DNA of 64,000 nucleotides from an uncultured Parcubacteria group bacterium. Lineage in GTDB: Bacteria > Patescibacteriota > Patescibacteriia > UBA9934 > CAMTUG01. How positions within the stretch are numbered: the first letter of the stretch is position 1; each line of letters starts with the position of its first letter. The notes beneath the pieces were generated by a model. It was not told where the DNA came from and made no database searches. It was given only the letters and a program-made list of their open reading frames with translations. Both the position numbers and the translations under genes were made by a program. The stretch lies in assembly GCA_947084965.1 (NCBI GenBank), contig CAMTUG010000003.1, positions 64,360-128,359 of the forward strand, written 5' to 3'. Shown one piece after another: positions 48,369-61,737 of the stretch.

Positions 48369-48470
48369 AGTTCCTTCCGTTTAAGGAACAGACGTGATGC
48401 CAACAAAAAACGAGCGGGGTTCTCCATAATTCCGGTTCGGAGAGCTCCCCAGCTCGTCAGGCAACGGAGC

Positions 48471-48499
48471 AAGATACCAGAAAACGGTGATTTTGTCAA
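48471..48499 (-). promoter_or_regulatory. Sigma70 promoter divergent from rpoB
   Basis: TTGACA-17-TATCTT with an extended -10 TG. Confidence 0.65.
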
Positions 48500-48572
48500 T
48501 GGGGTCAGTTTGTGCGAAAGTAAGCCAAAATCCAAGATTTTCTTGACAAATTTCCTCAAAGTGACCCTGAGC

Positions 48573-48601
48573 TTGACATCGGTTTTGGCCGGTGGTACTA
48601 T
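48573..48601 (+). promoter_or_regulatory. rpoBC promoter
   Basis: TTGACA-17-TACTAT with an extended -10 TG. Confidence 0.75.
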
Positions 48602-48724
48602 CACAGCGCTTTTTTTCGCTAACTCCTCGGTGTGATCCATGAGCTGGCGGCCGTTACAATCAAATAAATTCAGCGCCTTACCCCACCACTGCAATGGTGG
48701 GTAGGGCGTTTTTGCATCTTTATT

Positions 48725-51979
<3,255 letters not shown>

Positions 51980-52000
51980 TCTTCATACAGATCAAACATT

Positions 52001-55000
52001 ATGTTGTTCAAACAAGACATCCTGAAGACGACCGACTTTGACTCGATCCGCATGCGCGTGGCTTCGCCAGAAGCGATTCGCCGCTGGTCGTACGGGGAAG
52101 TCGACAAGCCGGAGACGATCAACTATCGCACCCAAAAACCAGAAAAGGGTGGGCTCTTTGCTGAAGAGATTTTCGGGCCGTCCAAGGACTGGGAATGTTA
52201 CTGTGGAAAGTACAAGAAGATCCGCTATAAAGGGATCGTTTGTGACAAGTGTGGCGTGGAAGTCACCCACTCGATCGTTCGCCGCGAACGCATGGGTCAC
52301 ATCGACCTTTGCGCTCCGGTGACCCACATCTGGTTCCTGCGCGGGTTGCCGTCGAAGATCGGAACGATCCTCGACATGTCGGTCATGGCGCTTGAGAAGG
52401 TCGTCTATTTTGCCAACTTCATTATTACGGACGTCGACGAGCCAGCACGTGAACAGTCGATCGAACAGCTGAAGAGTGAATACAAAGCCAAGAAGAAGAT
52501 GATCGAAGGGGAATTCACCCGCGACGTCGGGCGTTTGGATGAACGCTTTAAAGGCGATGCGGCCAAGATTTCGGAAGAGACGGAGCACCTGGCCCAGATC
52601 CGCGACCGCAAGATGGAAGAACTGGAAGAAGAGTTTGTGGTCGTTGACCGCGAGCTCAAAGACTTGCGTCCGATGAAGATTATCTCGGAAGCGACGTACC
52701 GCGACTGGTCACTCAAGTACGGACATATTTTCGACGCCGGTATCGGTGCCGACGCGGTCTTGAAGTTGCTCTCGCGCGTCAACTTAGAAGCGACGCTCAC
52801 CATGCTGAACGAACAACTCGAAGAAGCATCAGGTGCTAAGCGCGATCGTTTGATTCGCCGCATGAAGTTGCTCAAGTCGTTGCATTTGAACGGAATCAAC
52901 CCAGCCTGGATGATTCTTCAGGCGCTCCCGGTCATTCCACCAGATATTCGTCCGATGGTTCCGCTTGATGGTGGTCGTTTTGCTACGTCGGACTTGAACG
53001 ACTTGTATCGCCGTGTCATCAACCGCAACAATCGCTTGAAGCGCTTGTTTGAACTGACGGCGCCAGAAGTGATCGTGCGTAACGAAAAGCGCATGTTGCA
53101 AGAAGCGGTCGACGCCCTGATCGACAACTCCGCGCGTCGCTCAAAAACCGTCATCGCCGCTACGGGGAAGAAGCGTCAGTTGAAATCCCTCGCGGACTCT
53201 TTGCGTGGAAAGCAAGGTCGCTTCCGTCAGAACTTGCTCGGAAAGCGCATCGACTACTCCGGTCGTTCGGTGATCGTTGTCGGTCCCCACTTGAAACTCA
53301 ATCAATGCGGTCTGCCGAAGATGATGGCGCTTGAACTTTTCAAGCCGTTCGTCATTAGCAAATTGATCGAACGCGAATACGTCCACAACATCCGCTCGGC
53401 CAACCGCTTCATCGAATCGGATCGTGCTGAGGTCTGGGATATTCTGGAAGAGGTGACCCGTGATGCCTTCGTCCTCCTGAACCGTGCTCCGACCCTCCAC
53501 CGTCTTGGTATTCAAGCGTTCCAACCGACATTGATCGAAGGAAAAGCGATTCAAATCCACCCACTCGTTTGTGACGCCTACAACGCGGACTTCGACGGTG
53601 ACCAGATGGCCGTTCACGTTCCGCTTACCACCGAAGCGCGCAAGGAAGCGTCTGAATTGATGCTCTCCACCCGCAACCTTCTGAAGCCAGCGCACGGTTC
53701 GCCGGTGGCGACCCCGGGTAAAGACATCGCCTGGGCCTGCTTCTATCTAACGATGGTTGAAAGCGAACCAGATCCAAAAACGACGCGTTCGTTCCCGGAT
53801 GAACTTTCGGCAATCTACGCCTACGAAAGCAAGAAGCTTGGCATGCACGACTGGATTCGGGTGCGCATCACCAAGTCCGGTGAGTTGGTGACCACGACCC
53901 CGGGTCGGTTGATCGTCAACCGTTCGATGCCAGAAGCGATCCCGTACATGAACAAGACGATCGGCAAGAAAGAAATTGGAGCCATCGTTCGTGACTCGAT
54001 TGAAATTTACGGTTCGCAAGAAACGGCTAAGTTGCTCGATGAATTGAAAGAGCTCGGGTTCAAGCAGATCACTCTCTCTGGGTTCAGTTACGGTATGGCC
54101 GTTCTCCCGGAGATCCCAGAAAAGAGCGAGATTATGGCCGAAGGGGAACGCCGGGTGCAGGAAGTCGAAGATTTCTTTGAGCAAGGGCTGTTGACGCAGG
54201 CAGAACGCCACAGTCAGGTGATTAAGATCTGGACCGAAGTCAAAGATCGTGTGGCAGAATTGGTCAAAAAGGCTCTTCCAAAATCTGGCCCAGCCTACAC
54301 CATGATCGAATCTGGTGCGCGTGGTCAGTGGGGTCAGATGACCCAGACGATCGGTATGATCGGTTTGAAGTCCAATCCAACCGGTGACATCATCGAACTT
54401 CCGGTGAAGTCCTCCTTTAAAGAGGGGGTCAGCGTGCTTGAATACTTCATCTCTTCCCACGGTGTGCGCAAAGGGTTGACCGACACCGCTCTGCGTACAG
54501 CGAACGCTGGGTATCTGACCCGCCGCTTGGTCGACGTGTCGCAAGACATTGTTGTGAAGGAAGATGATTGCGGGGAAGATCAGGGTGTGGTCCTGACCAA
54601 AGCAGAATCCGACGAAATCGGTGAACCGCTCAATGTGCGTATTCTCGGTCGCTATGCCTTGTCAGACATCAAAAAGCCGGGCGGCCGCAAGGTGCTTGTT
54701 CCTGCTGGAGAGTTGATTACAGAAGACGCCATTCGTGAAATCGAAGCGTCGGGTGAAGCTCTTGAAGAAGCTCATGTGCGCTCGGTTATGACCTGTCGCA
54801 TCCGCCGTGGGGTCTGCCAGAAGTGTTATGGCTACGACTTGGCTTACAACAAACTGGTGAAGAACGGTACGGCTGTCGGGATCATGGCCGCCCAGTCGAT
54901 CGGTGAACCGGGTACACAGCTGACCATGCGTACATTCCATACAGGTGGTGTGGCTGGTAAAGACATTACCCAAGGGTTGCCGCGCGTGGAAGAATTGTTT

Positions 55001-55954
55001 GAAGCGCGTCCACCGAAACAGAAGTCGATCATGGCCGAAGTTTCTGGCTCGATTGAAATTGAAAAGGTTGAACGCGAAACGGTCCAGGCCAAGACCGGCC
55101 GCAAGATTATCGACGCCACTCCGGGTCAAAAGATCGTCAAGATCAAGCACGTCGGCGTTGACGAAAAGACGTACGAGCTTGGGAAGAAAGCGGACGTCAA
55201 CGTTAAAGATGGTGCGAGCGTTGTGGCTGGTGAGTTGCTGGCGACCGACGGCGACGAAAAGATCGTTTCTGAAGTTGCTGGTACGGTCAAGATGAGCAAG
55301 AAGAATCTGATCACCGTCATCTTTGAAGGGGAAAAGATTCGTGAATATGTCATTCCACCGGGCACAGCCTTGATCGTCAAGGACGGCGATGAAGTGCAGG
55401 CCGGTGACCCGTTGACCGAAGGGAACCTCGACTTGCAGGTCCTCTTTAAGCACAAAGGTGCGTCCGCTGTGCAGCGCTACTTGTCCAAGGAAATGCAGTT
55501 CATCTACACCTCGCAAGGGCAGAAGGTGAACAACAAGCATATCGAAGTCATCATCCGTCAGATGTTCAGCCGCGTGCTTGTTCTTGATCCGGGAGAAACG
55601 AGCTTGCTCCCGGGTGAAATCATCTCCAAGGCACAGTTCTTGGATGAAAACGACATCGCCCGCGAAAAGGGTGGCAAAGAAGGGACGGCCGAGGACTTGT
55701 GTCTCGGGATCACCAAGGTTGCCCTCTCTACGGACTCCTGGTTGTCGAGCGCGTCCTTCCAAGAAACCGCTCGCGTCTTGATCAACGCTGCAGTAACGGG
55801 CAAGGTAGACAAGCTTGAAGGCCTGAAGGAAAACGTGATCATCGGTCGTCTGATCCCTGCGGGGACCGGCTTTGGCCACGAACATGAACATGAAGAGGAG
55901 CCAACGATTACTGCCGAAGACGTGGAATCGATTGTTACCGAACCGGCCGCGTAA
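52001..55954 (+). CDS. rpoC: RNA polymerase beta' subunit
   Basis: Active site NADFDGDQM, Zn finger CYCGKYK and [13 protein letters not shown]. Confidence 0.99.
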   Translation: MLFKQDILKTTDFDSIRMRVASPEAIRRWSYGEVDKPETINYRTQKPEKGGLFAEEIFGPSKDWECYCGKYKKIRYKGIVCDKCGVEVTHSIVRRERMGHIDLCAPVTHIWFLRGLPSKIGTILDMSVMALEKVVYFANFIITDVDEPAREQSIEQLKSEYKAKKKMIEGEFTRDVGRLDERFKGDAAKISEETEHLAQIRDRKMEELEEEFVVVDRELKDLRPMKIISEATYRDWSLKYGHIFDAGIGADAVLKLLSRVNLEATLTMLNEQLEEASGAKRDRLIRRMKLLKSLHLNGINPAWMILQALPVIPPDIRPMVPLDGGRFATSDLNDLYRRVINRNNRLKRLFELTAPEVIVRNEKRMLQEAVDALIDNSARRSKTVIAATGKKRQLKSLADSLRGKQGRFRQNLLGKRIDYSGRSVIVVGPHLKLNQCGLPKMMALELFKPFVISKLIEREYVHNIRSANRFIESDRAEVWDILEEVTRDAFVLLNRAPTLHRLGIQAFQPTLIEGKAIQIHPLVCDAYNADFDGDQMAVHVPLTTEARKEASELMLSTRNLLKPAHGSPVATPGKDIAWACFYLTMVESEPDPKTTRSFPDELSAIYAYESKKLGMHDWIRVRITKSGELVTTTPGRLIVNRSMPEAIPYMNKTIGKKEIGAIVRDSIEIYGSQETAKLLDELKELGFKQITLSGFSYGMAVLPEIPEKSEIMAEGERRVQEVEDFFEQGLLTQAERHSQVIKIWTEVKDRVAELVKKALPKSGPAYTMIESGARGQWGQMTQTIGMIGLKSNPTGDIIELPVKSSFKEGVSVLEYFISSHGVRKGLTDTALRTANAGYLTRRLVDVSQDIVVKEDDCGEDQGVVLTKAESDEIGEPLNVRILGRYALSDIKKPGGRKVLVPAGELITEDAIREIEASGEALEEAHVRSVMTCRIRRGVCQKCYGYDLAYNKLVKNGTAVGIMAAQSIGEPGTQLTMRTFHTGGVAGKDITQGLPRVEELFEARPPKQKSIMAEVSGSIEIEKVERETVQAKTGRKIIDATPGQKIVKIKHVGVDEKTYELGKKADVNVKDGASVVAGELLATDGDEKIVSEVAGTVKMSKKNLITVIFEGEKIREYVIPPGTALIVKDGDEVQAGDPLTEGNLDLQVLFKHKGASAVQRYLSKEMQFIYTSQGQKVNNKHIEVIIRQMFSRVLVLDPGETSLLPGEIISKAQFLDENDIAREKGGKEGTAEDLCLGITKVALSTDSWLSSASFQETARVLINAAVTGKVDKLEGLKENVIIGRLIPAGTGFGHEHEHEEEPTITAEDVESIVTEPAA

Positions 55955-55970
55955 ACGAAAGATTTACAGA

Positions 55971-56000
55971 GAAAAGACGGGGCTATTGCCTCGTCTTTTC
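55971..56000 (+). terminator. Intrinsic terminator of rpoBC
   Basis: GAAAAGACGGGGC-TATT-GCCTCGTCTTTTC. Confidence 0.8.
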
Positions 56001-56026
56001 GGTTCCTGTGTTAGAATGTTGGCACT

Positions 56027-57403
56027 ATGTTTGATGTAGGAAATAATCCAGAAGTAGAGTCTTCGATCGATGGTCCTGAGGTCGAAGCAGACGGTGTTGA
56101 GACTACGGAATTAAACTCGACTGAGCACAATGCGGAGCAGCTCAAGCGGGTAGAGGAATCTTTGCAGCTATTGGTGCCGGTGATGGAAACGTTTAAGGAC
56201 GCCAGTAAGGACGTCCTTGAGGAAAATTTTGTTGTTCAAGTTACAGCGATTGAGCAGCAATTAGGGGAAGTGCTCAGTGCCGAGAGTCGTCAGATGATTC
56301 ACGAAAGGCTCGTTGGCGAGGTATTGGCTCAAAAAAATACTGTTGTAACGATGACGGAGAATCTGACGGCAGAGCGTGAGAAACTTTCTGAAACAGCCGA
56401 GCGAAAGTTCAGTTATATTCTGTTGCGTTGGCAGCAGATAGACCGTACCCCGGAGCTCATTCAGGCATTTCAGGAGTTTGGTCGCTCAAAGCCGACAGAT
56501 GAACAGTATGACGCTGTGGCGAGGCAACTGAATGAGTTATACAAGGAGTACATGAAAGATCCTCGGGTACCGAGTGACAAGATTCCAGAGTTCGCAGCAC
56601 GAGTAAAAGAGGTGGCTGCGGAGCTCAAGGGGCAATCCGTTTCAGTGTCTGAGGGCAACCCAGGTGCGGTTGCGGTTGATCAAGCGCCGTCTTCAGAAGC
56701 GTTTGTACAAGCGCGTGAGGCCGATGTTCTTGAGCGTGCGACTGATATTGTCCCGACAGAAGAATCAAATGAGGAGATGGTCGCACAGTTCGCTGACGGG
56801 ACACTTCCCCCGGACAAAGCATCGTTTGTTGCAAAGGCCATCGAGTTAGACGACGATGATGACGAACAAGGAGGAGAAGCATCTGCTGCACCAGCCGGGA
56901 TGCAGGGCGGGACAGATACGGAGTTCGGAGGCGCGGTGCCAGGTCACGAAACGGAGGCAGATGGGAAGGCTGTTGTGGTAGAGACGATCACAAATTTGGT
57001 GAAGTCACCGGAATCTGTTCTTGGAAATCCAACAGCAGAGGAGGAAAAGAATTCTCGAGAACGAGCCGTTGCTGTACTTCTTGATGCGATGCGTAAACGC
57101 TATCCAAATGAAGATGAACTGATTAAGCGGCTGACGGAAGTTTTTCAAGGTTACAAGTTGGCCTGGGCGCTGGACCGCAAGTCGCGGCCAGGGCTCGATG
57201 AAGCTGCACATAAGAAAGCGGCGATGGAAGAGGTGACACGGGATTTGCCGGAAAAGGACGGTGTCGTTATTGACCAATCGATCAATCAAACCCCTGGGCT
57301 GACCCGGGAAAAGGTGATGAGCCAATTCTTTGAACTTATCGAGGCGGAGAGCAATCTGGTCTCCCCAGATACGTCCTCGTTGGAACCTACACCAGCCGAA
57401 TAG
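56027..57403 (+). CDS. Acidic helical hypothetical protein
   Basis: 458 aa, Glu-rich; extended -10 TGtTAGAAT lies just upstream. Confidence 0.8.
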   Translation: MFDVGNNPEVESSIDGPEVEADGVETTELNSTEHNAEQLKRVEESLQLLVPVMETFKDASKDVLEENFVVQVTAIEQQLGEVLSAESRQMIHERLVGEVLAQKNTVVTMTENLTAEREKLSETAERKFSYILLRWQQIDRTPELIQAFQEFGRSKPTDEQYDAVARQLNELYKEYMKDPRVPSDKIPEFAARVKEVAAELKGQSVSVSEGNPGAVAVDQAPSSEAFVQAREADVLERATDIVPTEESNEEMVAQFADGTLPPDKASFVAKAIELDDDDDEQGGEASAAPAGMQGGTDTEFGGAVPGHETEADGKAVVVETITNLVKSPESVLGNPTAEEEKNSRERAVAVLLDAMRKRYPNEDELIKRLTEVFQGYKLAWALDRKSRPGLDEAAHKKAAMEEVTRDLPEKDGVVIDQSINQTPGLTREKVMSQFFELIEAESNLVSPDTSSLEPTPAE

Positions 57404-57460
57404 TTGTCTTCGGTCTAGGATGTGAGAAGGCGGGACCCAGTTTGGGCCCCGCCTTTGAAG

Positions 57461-58363
57461 TTAGCACAGACGAACAACCGGCGGAATCGGTGCTGTCGGA
57501 TCCGACTTCCAGAAGAAGACGCACGGCTCGAAGATGATGTCGATGATCCCTCCGGCATCGGTGAAGTGAGCGGCGAGCGCGTCGTAGACGATTCGGCCCT
57601 CGGTCCGATCGAGGAATTGCGCCGTGTAGACGCGGTGTCCGGCTTCGGTCAGGACCGGGTAGAAGCCCATGTTGAGGAGGCTGGCGCGTAGGAGGGTCAT
57701 GGTCGCGCCGTCCGTTTTCTCGAGCGGGATTCCGCGAGCCGGAGTCGGCGTTTTCACATGAATGTCCGCCCGCTTGAATTCGCCATCGCTTGCTTCGTCT
57801 ACCGAGCGCAAGGTCCCAGCGGTGAACGGGAGCACGCCTCCGTCCTTCCACGGCCTCCACCAGTCCACCGTCGTACGATAAGACGTGGGGTAGATTTCGA
57901 GTTCCAGATACCCGCGTACTTCGCTGTAGCTCTTCCAGACCGTGATCAGATCCTCGCAGGCCTTCCGAACGAGACGGAAGATTCCTGATCGGTGCCCGGC
58001 ATCCGTCACGAATTTGAGGGTGTAGTGATCCGGGTAGCAGTTGGGTACGAACTCAACGAAGTGATCCGGCTCGAACCCGAGGGCAACGATCGTGTTCACG
58101 AAGTCGACGGGGAGGGTGGTGCAGTCGAGGTGAGCCTCGATGACCGTTCCCGACGTGGGAGGGTTGGGCAGTAGGCACTCCTCCCGGATGGCGGCGGCGA
58201 GCCTTCCTACCTTGCCGGGGTGCTTGTTCGTGAGCGCGATGAGCTCAGCGATCGATGGTTCGCAGATCCCGTCGAACGGCTGGCGAGATCGGGCGAGCGG
58301 CAGGATGCCTGCCGGGAGCGTGTAGGAAGTCAAGCGGTGAGCCAGGTGGTCGTAGATGTGCAT
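57461..58363 (-). CDS. Hypothetical protein (GC-rich orphan)
   Basis: 300 aa, AAGGAGG SD, and downstream hairpin AAGGCGGGGCCCA-AAC-TGGGTCCCGCCTT. Confidence 0.8.
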   Translation of the reverse strand: MHIYDHLAHRLTSYTLPAGILPLARSRQPFDGICEPSIAELIALTNKHPGKVGRLAAAIREECLLPNPPTSGTVIEAHLDCTTLPVDFVNTIVALGFEPDHFVEFVPNCYPDHYTLKFVTDAGHRSGIFRLVRKACEDLITVWKSYSEVRGYLELEIYPTSYRTTVDWWRPWKDGGVLPFTAGTLRSVDEASDGEFKRADIHVKTPTPARGIPLEKTDGATMTLLRASLLNMGFYPVLTEAGHRVYTAQFLDRTEGRIVYDALAAHFTDAGGIIDIIFEPCVFFWKSDPTAPIPPVVRLC

Positions 58364-58507
58364 GTAAACCTCCTTTTAGAGAGTACTAGACGCGCATAAA
58401 GTTGACAGAAAGTACGACAACGAATAGATTTACTATTAGCTTTATGTTGTAAATGTTGATGGTCGTTAATTTAAGATTCGACGGAAATTTCGTCATTTTA
58501 AAACTCT

Positions 58508-59245
58508 ATGATGAAAAAAGTCCTTCAGGATGCGGGACTGAACGGTAACGAAGCCACGGTGTACCTGGCTATTCTTGAGCTTGGTTCGACCAATATCGCC
58601 ATGCTTACAAAGGAGACAAAGCTCCCGCGCTCAACGGTCTATAGTGTCCTGGCTACGCTCGAGCCGACGGGATTAGTGTTTACATATCTCAGGAAAAAGA
58701 CGCGGATGTACACGGCCCATGATCCGAGTATCATCCTTAAGAAAGCAAAGGAAAGAGTGGCTTTGATTGAAGAGGCTCTGCCTGAGCTTAACGATCTCTA
58801 TCGCTCATCACAAAGTCATCCGCAAATTCGGTACTTTCAGGGACGATCGGAGATTCGAGAAATGTATGATGGGATTTTAAAAATGCGCGGACTAAAAATG
58901 TACGACATCATTTGCTCTGAAGAGGCGTGGTTAGAGATGGGTCAGTCGTTTGCGGAACGGTTCAAGTCCAAAAGAGCTGAAAAGAAAATCATGACCCGTT
59001 TGATTCTGGGTCATTCCCCTCCTGCACTGGCTCGCAAGAGGGCAGAAGAGGAAACGTATTCTGAAGTGAAAATCATTCCGCCAGGACTTCACTGGTCTGC
59101 GACCGCCGGTTGCTATATCTTCGAGGATCGAGTAATTTTCTTGGGCTACAAGAAGGAGCACATCGCGGTGGAGATTCAATCAAAGGAGATTGCTCAGTTG
59201 ATGCAGATGAACTTCGAGTTCATGTGGCGGTTTCTGGCGAGATAA
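58508..59245 (+). CDS. TrmB-family HTH transcriptional regulator
   Basis: GLNGNEATVYLAILELG, LPRSTVYSVL and IRYFQG. Confidence 0.88.
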   Translation: MMKKVLQDAGLNGNEATVYLAILELGSTNIAMLTKETKLPRSTVYSVLATLEPTGLVFTYLRKKTRMYTAHDPSIILKKAKERVALIEEALPELNDLYRSSQSHPQIRYFQGRSEIREMYDGILKMRGLKMYDIICSEEAWLEMGQSFAERFKSKRAEKKIMTRLILGHSPPALARKRAEEETYSEVKIIPPGLHWSATAGCYIFEDRVIFLGYKKEHIAVEIQSKEIAQLMQMNFEFMWRFLAR

Positions 59246-59255
59246 CATTAACGTT

Positions 59256-59978
59256 ATGGCACGACATTCGCACTGGCATAATATTCAGGTGAAAAAAGGG
59301 AAGGCGGACGCGGTGAAGGCCAAGGCGTTCACTAAGTTGGCGATTGCGGTGACGCTTGCGGCCAAAGAAGGCGGCGGGGATCCGACGTTCAACTTTAAGT
59401 TGCGCATGGCGATTGATGCCGCTCGGGCGGCGAACATGACCAACGATAAAATCGAGCGCGCTGTTGCCCGTGGACTTGGTACCGGCGAAGGTGGGCAGGT
59501 CGAGGAAGTGTTGTACGAAGGGTTTGGTCCAGGCGGTGCGGCAGTTTTGATTGAAGGAGTTACCGACAATCGCGCGCGCACCGTGGCTGAGGTAAAAATG
59601 ATCGTTTCGAAAAACGGTGGATCGATCGGGGCTTCCGGTTCGGTGAAGTGGATGTTTGATCGCAAAGCGGTGGTGCGGATTGAGGCCGATCAGTTGCCGC
59701 AGGATCGTGATGCGTTCGAGCTGACGTTGATCGAAGCGGGCGCGGATGATATTCAATCAGCCGAAGAAGGAGTCACGGTCCTCGGGAACGTGAAGTCACT
59801 CCAGATGATCAAAGAAGCGGCCGAAGCGCAGGGGTGCATAATCGCCTCTGCCGGGTTTGAGTACATCCCAAATCAAACGGTCGCGCTTTCAGACGCGGAT
59901 TCTGGGGCGCTCGAGGCTCTTGTAGGGGTGATCGAAGAGAATGATGATGTGGTTAGTGTGTATACAAACGAGGCTTAA
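59256..59978 (+). CDS. yebC: YebC/PmpR-family protein
   Basis: MARHSHWHNIQVKKG, YEGFGPGG and TDNRART. Confidence 0.95.
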   Translation: MARHSHWHNIQVKKGKADAVKAKAFTKLAIAVTLAAKEGGGDPTFNFKLRMAIDAARAANMTNDKIERAVARGLGTGEGGQVEEVLYEGFGPGGAAVLIEGVTDNRARTVAEVKMIVSKNGGSIGASGSVKWMFDRKAVVRIEADQLPQDRDAFELTLIEAGADDIQSAEEGVTVLGNVKSLQMIKEAAEAQGCIIASAGFEYIPNQTVALSDADSGALEALVGVIEENDDVVSVYTNEA

Positions 59979-59979
59979 T

Positions 59980-60465
59980 ATGAAAACGATCCTCGGCATC
60001 GACCCAGGGATCGGTCGTACCGGCTACGGTGTGATTCGGGTTGATGGGTTGAAGATAGAAGTAGTGACGTTTGGGTGCATTTCAACGCCGGTGAATACAC
60101 CGGTTGGGGCTCGGCTGGTGGAACTTGAACGGGATCTGACCGAGTTGATCCAGACGTACAAACCGGATCGTGTTTCTGTTGAGCAGCTCTTGTTTACAAA
60201 AAACGTTTCAACCGGAATCGTCGTTGGCGAGGCGCGTGGAGTTGTTCTTCTTGTTGCGGAGAAAGCACACCTGCCTGTCGTGGAATTCACACCATCGCAA
60301 ATTAAACTTGCCGTCACTGGTGATGGCAACGCAGACAAAGGTCAAGTTCAAGACATGGTCATGCGACTTTTGAATCTCGCCAAGCGTCCTACACCCGACG
60401 ACGCCGCTGATGCACTGGCGATTGCGATCTGCGGCTCAACGGTTAACGAAAAAGCTCTCCGGTAA
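59980..60465 (+). CDS. ruvC: Holliday junction resolvase RuvC
   Basis: ILGIDPG, GEARGV and PDDAADALAIA. Confidence 0.96.
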   Translation: MKTILGIDPGIGRTGYGVIRVDGLKIEVVTFGCISTPVNTPVGARLVELERDLTELIQTYKPDRVSVEQLLFTKNVSTGIVVGEARGVVLLVAEKAHLPVVEFTPSQIKLAVTGDGNADKGQVQDMVMRLLNLAKRPTPDDAADALAIAICGSTVNEKALR

Positions 60466-60480
60466 AGGAGAGTTTTTTCA

Positions 60481-60555
60481 TGGAGCGGGTAGGGGGAGTC
60501 GAACCCCCATCATCAGTTTGGAAAACTGAGATAATAACCGCTATACGATACCCGC
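60481..60555 (-). tRNA. tRNA-Gly(TCC)
   Basis: GCGGGTATCGTATAGCGGTTATTA...TCAGT-TTTCCAA-ACTGA...GTTCGACTC...ACCCGCTCCA. Confidence 0.95.
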
Positions 60556-60556
60556 A

Positions 60557-60632
60557 TGGTCGGGCCGGCGAGGCTCGAACTCGCGGCCTCCTGGTCCCAA
60601 ACCAGGCGCGCTACCAACTGCGCCACGGCCCG
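60557..60632 (-). tRNA. tRNA-Pro(TGG)
   Basis: CGGGCCGTGGCGCAGTTGGTAGCGC...CCTGG-TTTGGGA-CCAGG...GTTCGAGCC...GGCCCGACCA. Confidence 0.95.
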
Positions 60633-60712
60633 ACGTGTGCTCGAGTGAAGCTCGGTGCCACGCAAATATAGCGGAATTGAGTGGGTTTGTAAAGGCTCAA
60701 GGGAGGCCCATA

Positions 60713-60752
60713 AAACGCAGCGCCGCCCCGGGAGTGTCCCAGGGCGGGCGTG
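60713..60752 (-). repeat. 40-bp ACACT-loop hairpin, identical to 62495-62534
   Basis: AAACGCAGCGCCGCCCCGGGAGTGTCCCAGGGCGGGCGTG on the + strand. Confidence 0.95.
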
Positions 60753-60793
60753 GTGCTATCCTAGCTTGGGCGCGGGGAGGCAGGCGGCTTGTG

Positions 60794-61540
60794 TCACCTT
60801 CCGCGAGCGAGGATCAGGGCGACCGAAGCGATAGCGTCCGCTTCGGTGCGGCTGATCGCTCCGTCGCGGGTGATGATCGAGAATGCTCCGATGAGATCGG
60901 GGCACAGAGTGCGCATGTTCTCCATGCTGTCCCCCACCTCGACTTCGATCCAGCGGGTCGGTTCCATGATGATGCGGAGGGCCTCGCCGACCTCGGTGGC
61001 ATTGTTGAGCCGGGTCCAGTCGGAGAGACGATACGGACCGGGTTCCATCTCCACCTTCTGGGCCAAGTCCTTGGAGGCTGGCCAGAGCCCGACCCCGAAT
61101 CCCGCGTTCTCGATCGAACCACAGCGGAATCCGGCATCTGCGCAGGTCTGGACGAACCAGCGCCACCAGCGATCGAGGTGCTCCCGGGTAGCCGATCGCG
61201 GCGGGATCCCTTCCTGCTCCAGCCAGAAGGAGAAGGGGTAGCTTTGTGCCGCCGTCACAACGATCGCCCGTTGGGCTTCGTTTGCCACGTGAGACTGGGT
61301 GGTGCGCATCACCATGATGCCGATGATGCCGATGAGTGCATTGGCGTGTCCGTTCGCCGCCGCATCCCGCAGGGCGAGGACGACATCGGGACGATCCAGG
61401 AGGTATCCAGTGAGTCCCGCCAGGCGCGCAGGGGTGATCTCCCCGCCATCCCTGCGGGTCAGACGGTATTCATCCCTTCCATCGGGGCCCGGTGCGATTT
61501 CCAGAACGAAGGACTCAATTGCGGGGGCGGGATGTTCCAT
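60794..61540 (-). CDS. Hypothetical protein (GC-rich orphan)
   Basis: GGAG precedes ATG 61540, with promoter TTGACG-17-TACAGT upstream. Confidence 0.7.
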   Translation of the reverse strand: MEHPAPAIESFVLEIAPGPDGRDEYRLTRRDGGEITPARLAGLTGYLLDRPDVVLALRDAAANGHANALIGIIGIMVMRTTQSHVANEAQRAIVVTAAQSYPFSFWLEQEGIPPRSATREHLDRWWRWFVQTCADAGFRCGSIENAGFGVGLWPASKDLAQKVEMEPGPYRLSDWTRLNNATEVGEALRIIMEPTRWIEVEVGDSMENMRTLCPDLIGAFSIITRDGAISRTEADAIASVALILARGR

Positions 61541-61737
61541 CTTCTTCTCCGATGCGTGGTGATTCTCGCCATGTTGTGCTGCGAGTGACAACTGTAAAAA
61601 AATAATCAAAGTACGTCAATAACTCTGTCTATTTATGTGTTTAGTTAATAAAGAGTCCAGTAAAGTCAAATATTCATCTACTTTTAGTCGTCAAGAAAGT
61701 TGACAGAAGTTCCTAACCGCGAGATGATATTAACCCT

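Larger units (their letters stand above)
47785..48465 (-). ncRNA. Candidate large structured non-coding RNA (~680 nt)
   Basis: Minus-strand promoter at 48499-48471, five or six long hairpin domains, and a 3' CCCC-CGCAA-GGGG-ATTTTTT terminator. Confidence 0.5.

Noticed and set aside
32870-48465. tmRNA, RNase P or SRP identity for the structured regions
   Set aside because: I found no tRNA-like GGGG..CCA ends, no GAGGAAAGTCC P4 motif and no SRP GNRA-loop domain by eye; an Rfam scan is still needed.
48089-48694. 201-aa minus-strand ORF
   Set aside because: It spans the rpoB promoter and the hairpin/repeat elements, has no recognisable motif and has an atypical composition.
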